Source: Cyanidioschyzon merolae
Taxonomy: Eukaryota
Assembly (NCBI GenBank): GCA_000091205.1
Contig: AP006487.2
Length of the DNA: 64,000 nucleotides
Strand: one strand, 5' to 3'
Of the stretch, positions 56,330-64,000 are shown piece after piece. The stretch's first letter is position 1. Every line of letters begins with the position of its first letter. The translations under genes were made by a program, and so were the position numbers. The notes below the pieces were generated by a model, which did no database searches, had not been told where the DNA came from, and was given only the letters and a program-made list of their open reading frames with translations.

Positions 56330-57091
56330 CGGACGGCTTCACGGCCCACGAGTCGTTGCTCGGCACTCGCGCTGCAGGTTCCGCCTCGAGCACGCGCAGA
56401 CCCCCTAAACGGTATTCCCCAAAGAAGATTTGCAAAAAAAGGTACACCCGTTATGTGGCGTACCAGCAGGTGCGGTCTGAAACACAACCAGCGCTCTTGA
56501 CCAGCACCGGCAACGTTCTCCGTGTTATTCGCTTTTGACAAGCGCCCTGTAACGCAAGCCGGATGTAGTACCCCAGAAGACAAACTTGAGCGAAAGCCAC
56601 AACGAGGCACGCACGCGCACAGGCCCAAGAGACACTCGGAAACGCGTTGCCCACCCACTGAGCAAAAGAAACACACACAGACAAGTTGCGTTTGGGGGAG
56701 CTCTTTCTCGAGCGCCGCTGAGCGCTACGCAGAAGCATCTCAGTAGCTCGTGCGTCGAGATGAACGCATCGCAGCTTCCGGAGCGCACCGGGGCGTGCCG
56801 CGCTGCACAGAGGGGCGGGACGCATGCGCCACATCCGCATGGGGCAATACATCCCTAAATATTCATAAAAGTTCGTTTAGTCACTGCTTCAGACACGAGA
56901 TCGACATGTCCGTTATTAACGTTTATTTCCATACATGTTCCAAAAGGACCTGAATTTAGGAAACCTGCCAGTGCGAGGCGCTGCTGCTCCGCGGCAGCGA
57001 TCGCGCCATCGCGCACAGGGTACCAGCTCGGAAGCCAAGTGCTGGAGCCGCCAAAAAAAACACAAAACACCGCCAAGACACCTGGAAACGA

Positions 57092-60000
57092 ATGAATGAT
57101 CCTGGAACGGCGAATGATCTAGAACTAGCATCACCTGTTCGCGATCTGGAGTACAAGTGGAAGCTCATTCCACTCTATCTCCAAGCACAGCCGCTCATTC
57201 GTCACCACATTGCCTCATTTAACTACTTCGTCGACACGGAGCTCAAAAAGATCGTTAAATGGAACGGCTACGTAACCAGTGAAGCTTCATCACAATGGTT
57301 TCTCAAGTACCTGGATATACGGGTCGGTACGCCCAGCGTCTATGAGCACGTTGACGTGCAGCGACCGCTGACACCGCACCAGTGTCGCGTCAGCGACCTC
57401 ACCTACGCTGCGCCAATCTTCGTCGATATTGAGCACTATCACTGCGGTCGGCGCGAAACGGTATCGAACTTGTTCATAGGTTACTTACCGATCATGCTGC
57501 GCTCTTCGCGTTGCTGCCTCCTGCAGGCTCGCAGCGACACCGAGCTTGCGGAGCGCTTCCGTGAGTGCCCGCTCGACCCCGGCGGCTACTTCATTGTGCG
57601 TGGCGCAGAACGTGTCATCGTCATCCAGGAGCAACTCTGTAAGAATCGCATGTTGATTGAGCTCGATTCGCGCGGCGACCTGTGTGCGACGGTGACGAGT
57701 TCCACTGCGGAGCGCAAGTCACGCACTGCGGTTGTTTACCGGGGTGAGCGTCTCTTTCTGCGGCATAACACCTTGACGGAGGATATTCCGATCGTGGTGA
57801 TCTTCCGCGCCATGGGCATACGGAGTGCAGCAGAGCAGGTTGCGCTCATCAGTTGGGATGCATCGCTGTTGGAGCCGTCGCTAGAGCACGCCGAAAGACT
57901 CGGCGTGCACTCGGCAAGCGATGCCCTGCGCTACATAGGGCAGCGCCTGCGTTCGTTGAGCCGCCTGTATGCGTGGCGAAGTGCGGAGATAGCTACCGAG
58001 CAACGCCAACGACGGAAACCGAGCCTAGAAGAGGAAGCTCGTGCGCTACTTCGGACCCTCGTGCTCCCGCACATCCCCTGTGACGGCATCGATTTTAGCG
58101 ACAAGTGTCTATATCTCGCACTGATGATTCGAGGTGTCCTGGCGGCCAAGGCGAATCCAGAGAGCCTCGATGACAAGGACTATTATGGGAACAAACGGCT
58201 AGAGCTTGCGGGTCCCTTGTTGGCGTTGCTCTTCGAGGACCTGTTCAAGAAGCTGAATGCGGATATCCGCCGGCACGCGGATCAGGTGCTCGCGAAGCCC
58301 AGTCGAACGCAGGACTTTGACGTGACGCGCTGTATACGCAGCGAAACCATTAGCCACGGATTTGAACACGCCCTCAGCTCGGGAAACTGGGCGCTGAAAC
58401 GGTTCCGTATGGAGCGGCAAGGCGTCACGCAGGTGCTCAGTCGACTCAGCTACGTCGCTGTCATCGGGATGATGAGCAGAATCACCTCGCAGTTCGAGAA
58501 GACGCGCAAAATTAGCGGACCACGGGCTTTACAACCTAGCCAATGGGGTATGGTCTGCCCGTGTGATACCCCCGAGGGTGAATCCTGCGGCCTCGTCAAG
58601 AATCTGGCGTTGCTGGCCGACGTTACCACCGAGGAAGAGGATACGGCGGTGCGTCGCCTGGTGTACGACCTGGGTACGCAGGATATCCGAGCCCTCGCCG
58701 ATTACGACTTGGCAAGTAGCGAAAGCTGGCGCTCCGCGTCTGGTGACGGCCTCCGACCTGCCGGGGCGCCCGATGCCGATGAACGGCCGGCTTTGGTGTT
58801 TGTGAATGGTCTTCTGCTGGGTATGCACCTGCATCCCAGCGCGCTCACTGAACAGTTACGAGCGCATCGCCAGCGCGGGGCCCTGGGTGCTTTTCTTTCC
58901 ATATGGGAAAGCTCAACGCGGGCATGGCGAGCTGTGCACGTCGCCACGGATGCTGGACGCGTTTGTCGACCGCTTCTCGTCGTAGATCGTGAACGGGGGA
59001 CGCTGCGACTCCAGCGTCGCCACCTGGAGGACCTGGAACTCGGGCTCTTGCGTTGGGAAGACCTCCTCCAGCAAGGTATTGTAGAATATCTGGATCCGAA
59101 TGAAGAGAACGACGCGCTGATCGCTCTCGATATTGCGCAGTTACAACAGGACGATCGACAGCAGGAACAAGAGCAGCGTTTAACGCAAAAAACGAATCGT
59201 TATACGCACTTGGAAATATCGCCAGAGAGCATTCTAGGTGCTTGTGCGGGTCTGATTCCGTTCGCAAACCATAACCAGTCACCTCGCAACACCTATCAGT
59301 GTGCCATGAGCAAACAGGCTATCGGTGCAATGGCCTATAATCAGCATCTACGAACGGATGCACTGCTTTATCTGCTGAACTATCCCCAGCGACCCCTGGT
59401 CCAGACACGAGCAGTAGAGTTTACGCACTATCATCGACTACCCGGTGGACAGAACGCTGTCGTGGCAGTCATGTCGTACAGCGGATACGACATCGAGGAT
59501 GCCCTGGTCGTGAACAGGGCCAGTGTGGATCGCGGCCTGGGGCGTTGCACGGTGCTGCGCAAGTACCCCGTGAGCCTGCGCGTCTACCCAAACGGCACTC
59601 GTGACACCATTGAACCGGCAATGACAACGACAACGACGACGACAACACCGACCGTGGCCTACACAACTGCCACCGAGGGTGCCCCGGGCACCACTGCCTC
59701 CATATCTGTGACGGGGGTGCGTTCGACGTCCGGCCAGGAACCCGAGCTCGCCGCCGAACGCAGACGACGCTATCTAGAGCAAGCACTCGATAGCGACGGT
59801 ATCGTTGCTCCGGGTATGCCGCTGCCGCCGGGGGCAATCCTGGTCAACAAGGTGATGCCGACCGAGACGCTGCACCAGCCGTTGCTGCGTTCCGGACCAG
59901 AGTCGCAGGCAGGTCATTCCACAGCGCTCACTGCTGGTGCTGCTGCTGGTGCTGCTGCTGCTGCTGCTGCTGGCACTACAGGAACCCAACGAGATGCCGC

Positions 60001-60901
60001 TGGCTCTCTCGCCTCTAGTTGGCAACGCTCGCTTCGACGACCGGCACCGGCGGTTTATCGAGCGCCGGGCGGTGCCGGTGTCGTTGATCAGGTGCTCGTC
60101 ACACAGGATCAGAATGACCTGCGCCTCATCAAAGTCATGGTGCGGCAAACGCGTCGAGTCGTTGAGGGTGACAAGTACGCTTCTCGTTTCGGTCAAAAGG
60201 GCGTCGTTGGACTGATTCCCCCTGAAACCGACTTGCCATGGCACGGCAACAGCGGCATACGCCCAGACATTGTGTTCAATCCGCACGGTATGCCGTCGCG
60301 GATGACAGTTGGCAAGGTGTTCGAGTTGATCGCGGGCAAAGCGGCAGCTCTTGACGGGTGTTTGCGCGACGCAACCGCTTTTGTGGAACGCACCGGACTC
60401 GATAGCACCGAGGCTTGCGCCGAAGTGCTCCTTCGTTCGGGCTACTCTTACGCCGGCCGCGACCTGCTGTATTCCGGCATCACCGGGGAGCCGCTCGCTG
60501 CGCACGTCTTTTTTGGACCGATCTACTATCAACGCCTGAAACATATGGCAGTGGATAAGTGCTTCGGGCGGGCACGAGGGCCTCGTGCGGTGCTCACGCG
60601 CCAGCCCACGGAGGGTCGCAGTCGCGACGGCGGTCTCCGACTCGGTGAAATGGAACGCGACTCGCTGTTGGGTCACGGGGCGAGTTTGTTAGTGCTCGAG
60701 CGTCTCATGTACAGTTCGGACGCCTTTACGGCTTTTGTGTGTGAGTCGTGCGGGTATCTGGGCGCCAGAGACTGGTGTCAGGTTTGCCGTCGAGGGGATG
60801 CGATGCAGCGAGTCCTGTTACCGTATGCCTGCAAACTTTTGTTCCAGGAGTTACAAGCGATGAACATTGTAACCAAGCTGCGACTTGGAGAGGCTGCTTG
60901 A
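57092..60901 (+). CDS. RPC2: DNA-directed RNA polymerase III second-largest subunit (RPC2/Ret1-like)
   Basis: Diagnostic blocks are DKDYYGNKRLELAGPLLALLFEDLFKK, SPRNTYQCAMSKQAIG, SGYDIEDA, GDKYASRFGQKGVVG, NPHGMPSRMTVGK, YSGITGEPL, RAVLTRQPTEGRSRDGGLRLGEMERD and the C-terminal CESCG...CQVC zinc ribbon. These are closest to Pol III RPC2 rather than RPB2 or RPA2. Low-complexity inserts (TTTTTTTTPT, AAAGAAAAAAAAGTTG) come from (ACG/ACA)n and (GCT)n tracts. Confidence 0.85.
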   Translation: MNDPGTANDLELASPVRDLEYKWKLIPLYLQAQPLIRHHIASFNYFVDTELKKIVKWNGYVTSEASSQWFLKYLDIRVGTPSVYEHVDVQRPLTPHQCRVSDLTYAAPIFVDIEHYHCGRRETVSNLFIGYLPIMLRSSRCCLLQARSDTELAERFRECPLDPGGYFIVRGAERVIVIQEQLCKNRMLIELDSRGDLCATVTSSTAERKSRTAVVYRGERLFLRHNTLTEDIPIVVIFRAMGIRSAAEQVALISWDASLLEPSLEHAERLGVHSASDALRYIGQRLRSLSRLYAWRSAEIATEQRQRRKPSLEEEARALLRTLVLPHIPCDGIDFSDKCLYLALMIRGVLAAKANPESLDDKDYYGNKRLELAGPLLALLFEDLFKKLNADIRRHADQVLAKPSRTQDFDVTRCIRSETISHGFEHALSSGNWALKRFRMERQGVTQVLSRLSYVAVIGMMSRITSQFEKTRKISGPRALQPSQWGMVCPCDTPEGESCGLVKNLALLADVTTEEEDTAVRRLVYDLGTQDIRALADYDLASSESWRSASGDGLRPAGAPDADERPALVFVNGLLLGMHLHPSALTEQLRAHRQRGALGAFLSIWESSTRAWRAVHVATDAGRVCRPLLVVDRERGTLRLQRRHLEDLELGLLRWEDLLQQGIVEYLDPNEENDALIALDIAQLQQDDRQQEQEQRLTQKTNRYTHLEISPESILGACAGLIPFANHNQSPRNTYQCAMSKQAIGAMAYNQHLRTDALLYLLNYPQRPLVQTRAVEFTHYHRLPGGQNAVVAVMSYSGYDIEDALVVNRASVDRGLGRCTVLRKYPVSLRVYPNGTRDTIEPAMTTTTTTTTPTVAYTTATEGAPGTTASISVTGVRSTSGQEPELAAERRRRYLEQALDSDGIVAPGMPLPPGAILVNKVMPTETLHQPLLRSGPESQAGHSTALTAGAAAGAAAAAAAGTTGTQRDAAGSLASSWQRSLRRPAPAVYRAPGGAGVVDQVLVTQDQNDLRLIKVMVRQTRRVVEGDKYASRFGQKGVVGLIPPETDLPWHGNSGIRPDIVFNPHGMPSRMTVGKVFELIAGKAAALDGCLRDATAFVERTGLDSTEACAEVLLRSGYSYAGRDLLYSGITGEPLAAHVFFGPIYYQRLKHMAVDKCFGRARGPRAVLTRQPTEGRSRDGGLRLGEMERDSLLGHGASLLVLERLMYSSDAFTAFVCESCGYLGARDWCQVCRRGDAMQRVLLPYACKLLFQELQAMNIVTKLRLGEAA

Positions 60902-61092
60902 GCCGCCTTGGCGACACGCGCCAGCCGGGAAGCTTTTGCTGTCGCATGTGACAGCGCCAGTGGCTCGCGGTTGTACGCGGGAGCGACTGTCCGTCGAGTG
61001 TCTTGTGCGGGGGCGTCCCAGGTCAGCGCGGCAGTCGATTGTGGCCTGCGTCGTGGTTAGATAATGGCGATACTCGATAGCCAGTGGCGATC

Positions 61093-62175
61093 TCATGGCG
61101 AGGGTCGCTCAACGAAGTAGTGTCGCCGCGCCCATTCGGTATCGCTCGGCGCGTACGGTAGACTTGTCAGGGCAGCATCATGAGCCGCACAGTAGTATCC
61201 AAAGACCGCTCGGTCGTCTGGATCGAACAAGAGGTGCCACGACGCTGGTGTTTTGGCGTTGGCCTCACGTGGCACTGTGCGTTCAAGGGGTATCGGGTTG
61301 GCGTTCGCCGCTGCGGCTATGCCGAGCGCGTTCGTGGCACCTGGGGCGCTGCAAGGCGGTGTCATGCGCTCGACACAGGGCGCAAACGGCGCTCGACCGC
61401 GAACAGGTCGTGTCCGCTGACGCCGGCCCTGTGCTGCCGCCGAGCGAGGTGGCTGGATATTGACGGAAGAGCCGGAACCGGATCGAAGCGCGACCGGCAG
61501 CGCTGGTGTTCGCTCGGCGCCCGTCCAAGGGGGCGCTCCTGCTCCTGTTGCTACATCTACGGACGTCCGGTGCAGCGACGGCAGGCTGGACGCATCCATT
61601 GCGAGCTTGGCGTCGATGTCGCTGCCGGTGTGGTGGAGGCGCTTCTTGTAGCGTACACCACAGGCGTTACAGAGCGACTTGGGCCCGGCGGGTCCAGAGC
61701 GCCATAGTGGTGTCACGGTGGCACCGCACTGGGCACAACGACGAACCGTTCCAGCATTCACGAACAGATGACTGCCTCCAGCGGAATTCAGGGTGGTTGT
61801 CGTTGTCGCCGTTGTGGCGTCGTCGATCCATGCGACGGGGCTAGACTTGAGCGCAGAGCGTGCAGGGAACGTTGCCGCAGGTCGTCGTCCGCGTTTGATC
61901 ATGCAGCGTTTTGTGGTCAGCAGTTCGTAGTTGAGCGCGTTACCCCAATCATTCCATGAACTTGCACATGGTTGGTGCCCAGAATCTGCCTTGCCCTTAA
62001 AAGCGGCTAAAGCTCCGCGCCAGGAACCTACGTGACGCTCCAGACTGTCTTCCGTCTCGCTCGTACACTGCTCTGGGGTTCGGTCGTCCTCATCCGAGGT
62101 AACTGCGTCCGGTAAGCTGTCCACGTGGCAACTCATAGGCAAAAGCACACGCGCGCTGCGTTTCAGCGCTGTCAA
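61093..62175 (-). CDS. GATA-type zinc-finger transcription factor
   Basis: [34 protein letters not shown] is a C-x2-C-x18-C-x2-C GATA finger with the TPLWR and LCNACG signatures, followed by a basic tail. Confidence 0.8.
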   Translation of the reverse strand: MTALKRSARVLLPMSCHVDSLPDAVTSDEDDRTPEQCTSETEDSLERHVGSWRGALAAFKGKADSGHQPCASSWNDWGNALNYELLTTKRCMIKRGRRPAATFPARSALKSSPVAWIDDATTATTTTTLNSAGGSHLFVNAGTVRRCAQCGATVTPLWRSGPAGPKSLCNACGVRYKKRLHHTGSDIDAKLAMDASSLPSLHRTSVDVATGAGAPPWTGAERTPALPVALRSGSGSSVNIQPPRSAAAQGRRQRTRPVRGRAPFAPCVERMTPPCSAPGATNALGIAAAANANPIPLERTVPREANAKTPASWHLLFDPDDRAVFGYYCAAHDAALTSLPYAPSDTEWARRHYFVERPSP

Positions 62176-62512
62176 GTGAGGCGTACTACCGCCAAACGGA
62201 GGAATAGCGCCAGACGCCGCGTGCGCCCGGCGGAGAGCACTCGCCTCCGACGCGTTTCCCCTCAGAGACTCTCCGAAGTTTCGTCACCGAGAGTACGCCT
62301 CACACCCCGAGTGCCGTATACAATACACCAAGTTTTCTCAAGTTCCTTATGCGCTGCGATAGCGTCTTGTGGTGTCACGCCCCAGCACTGCTTCGAAGCG
62401 TACCACCGCAGTGAGTGGACGCGATCCCAGGGAGGCGGCAGATGCAGCGCGCACGTATCTCGCGCGTCCAGATGAACGGCGCCTGCGTGCATCTCCGGGG
62501 CCATGCGTGTCT

Positions 62513-62534
62513 GCGTGCGTGCGTGCGTGCGTGC
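62513..62534. repeat. (GCGT)5 tetranucleotide microsatellite
   Basis: Direct read gcgtgcgtgcgtgcgtgcgtgc, in the divergent region between the GATA gene and the terminal partial gene. Confidence 0.9.
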
Positions 62535-63122
62535 ATTCGAAACCCTTTTGGCGCCAAATTTGGAGCGTGCGTGCCACCGGACACCAAATTAAAACCTGAA
62601 TCTTTCTGTATATATCTGGATAAGAAGGACACTTCCAATGGAGATGCGCGCACCTTGCCGGCTGCGACTTCTCTGCAGCGCCCTCGCCCGAGTGCCGAGC
62701 GCCTCCATCCGGGCCATCTCCGTCGCGTCCTGCCTCCGCATGGCGCCCGCAGCGGCGTATCCAGTGTGGCAGGGCGCGCGCGCCCGCAGTAGACGCCGCA
62801 CACGTCCAGTTGCTGGATCGATCAGGCTGCTGTTCAAGATGAACGGACTGCTCTGGAGCCTGCCAATTCCAGGAGCGCCTCTGCGCGGGCATCGCGCTGG
62901 TCTCGCGGTGTCCCGCCAAGCAGCGCACAGCCTCGGCGTATCTGCTGGGTGCGGCGGATGCACCCCCCAGCGTCACGTCCAGCGTTGATCGCCGCCGCGG
63001 CTTTTTCGATGTGCCTGCGGCGATTCGAAATGCGCGTCACGAAGGCGCGGTGCAGCGACGCGGCGGGCGCGCTCCCTCAGGTTCCTCGGGGGCGTACTGC
63101 GCAGGTTCTGGCGTTCCGGGGT

Positions 63123-64000
63123 ATGGAGCTTGCTGCCAAGCGCTACTCGACAGCGTTCTGTGAACGACCGATCAGAGCGTGGAGAGAGCACAGTCCGGCT
63201 CGGTCATCTGTTGTATTAGCGCGGCTGCTTGCAGAGGACGCGGTTGCTGCGGAGGTGCGGAACGATTACGAAGCTGCCTACGAGCGGTATTTCGCTTCGG
63301 CAGACGCTCTCTTCCGTGCCGTACAAGTTTTGGAAGCGTGCCCCGATGATCAGGTGCTGACTAGTCATGATCCGGTTGGTGAAAGAGTCCACGGTAATGA
63401 CTTTCAAAAAGAGACCCCAGAGCGGGCGCGGGGCTCAAGTCCGCTCCCCAGTGAGACGTTGCGCACGCTCTGTTATCGGCAAATCGAAGCGCTCATTGCG
63501 CGCTGCGAAGCCATTCGAGAGTACCTGTACGCGTCTGCCATGGCCAACGAGGACGCATCCGACTCGTCGCTTGATGAAAACTTTCTACACATTGGATATT
63601 CGCCTGGAGAGAAGCTGCGCTCGGAAAAGCCCCGTTGTACCGGTAGCGACAGCGGAGACAGAGAGCAGGTCGGATCTGCACTTCGCCAGCGCCTAGAAGC
63701 GTGTCGAGCGATGCAGGAGGCGCTTGAGCAGAGTCGCTCGGCAGCATGGCTCATGGATGCCACCTTGCTCGTTCAGCGGAATCATACGAGCGCCCGCATT
63801 CCGCTGCAGAAAATCCCCGAGCGTGCCGTTCCGTCGGAAGCAGCGCCAAAGCGAAACCTAGCAGCGGGAAAATTCGATGAGCGCTGGAATCTTGTTCCAG
63901 GCTCTGATCCCGTCCACATCTCTTCTCCGGGTGACGAAGCGCGTACACCGTCACCAGCGCAGCGCAGGCTCGCTCGGGGACTCGCTTGGATGCAATCACC
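63123..64000 (+). CDS. hypothetical protein, 3'-truncated by window end; N-terminal helical segment is MIT-domain-like
   Basis: The frame is open from the ATG at 63123 to the last base with no stop. It begins MELAAKRYSTAFCERPIRAWREH...ARLLAEDAVAAEVRNDYEAAYERYFASADALFRAVQV...EALIARCEAIREYL. This is loosely like MIT three-helix pattern AxxLxxxAvxxDxxgxyxeAxxxYxxaxe...YLxRAE. It is not in the ORF track because there is no stop. Confidence 0.4.
   Translation, partial: MELAAKRYSTAFCERPIRAWREHSPARSSVVLARLLAEDAVAAEVRNDYEAAYERYFASADALFRAVQVLEACPDDQVLTSHDPVGERVHGNDFQKETPERARGSSPLPSETLRTLCYRQIEALIARCEAIREYLYASAMANEDASDSSLDENFLHIGYSPGEKLRSEKPRCTGSDSGDREQVGSALRQRLEACRAMQEALEQSRSAAWLMDATLLVQRNHTSARIPLQKIPERAVPSEAAPKRNLAAGKFDERWNLVPGSDPVHISSPGDEARTPSPAQRRLARGLAWMQS

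Noticed and set aside
1-64000. Prokaryotic defence island / operon-type system (CRISPR-Cas, restriction-modification, toxin-antitoxin).
   Set aside because: Gene content is unmistakably eukaryotic: histone H3, ALG13, GPN1, Pol III RPC2, ankyrin, GATA, Dr1. Genes alternate strands with kb-scale spacers. No operon structure exists. The only nuclease-like signal is the decayed Fanzor/TnpB family reported above.

Overview
This 64 kb window is GC-rich (about 58-60 %) nuclear DNA from a compact, intron-poor eukaryote. Most genes are single uninterrupted ORFs, they alternate between strands, and several carry homopolymer or microsatellite-encoded low-complexity inserts. I found no prokaryotic operon or defence locus.

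Recognisable genes, in order along the window:
- PP1 phosphatase, 5' part only, running off the window start
- membrane-anchored rubredoxin
- Cdc6/Orc1-type AAA+ ATPase
- PX-domain protein
- GPN-loop GTPase GPN1
- SANTA-domain protein, a candidate KNL2/Mis18BP1 homologue
- thiolase
- 1208-aa orphan protein
- NC2-beta/Dr1
- membrane protein with a degenerate TrpD-like domain
- ALG13
- ankyrin-repeat protein
- PEP carboxylase
- tandem CCCH zinc-finger protein
- divergent histone H3, a candidate CenH3
- DGAT1
- RNA polymerase III subunit RPC2
- GATA factor
- 3'-truncated gene with an MIT-like N-terminus

The main discovery is in the ORF-poor blocks between these housekeeping genes. They contain at least two, and probably three or four, highly decayed copies of a TnpB/Fanzor-like RuvC nuclease gene, all on the + strand. 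The copies lie at about 22.7-24.1 kb, 44.3-45.6 kb and 9.35-10.3 kb, with a doubtful fourth at about 30.8-31.05 kb. Each shows RuvC-I (GIDPG/GMDEG), an L-x-YKA-x-x-x-G block, a zinc-finger remnant and RuvC-III (HRDLNASINN / CDWNTAINIL / RECNVANNM). They are broken by frameshifts and stops, so they are relics of an OMEGA/Fanzor-type RNA-guided nuclease transposon family.

Other items worth a second look:
- A 77-bp tandem array of about 7.5 copies at 28.64-29.26 kb sits in a divergent promoter. Each unit carries a perfect 12-bp-stem palindrome.
- CenH3 and the KNL2-like gene occur in the same window.
- NC2-beta has a roughly 100-aa insertion inside its histone fold.

One coordinate caveat. Around 44.88-45.6 kb the supplied ORF track and the displayed sequence disagree by one base in both directions. 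Coordinates there are accurate only to +/-1.
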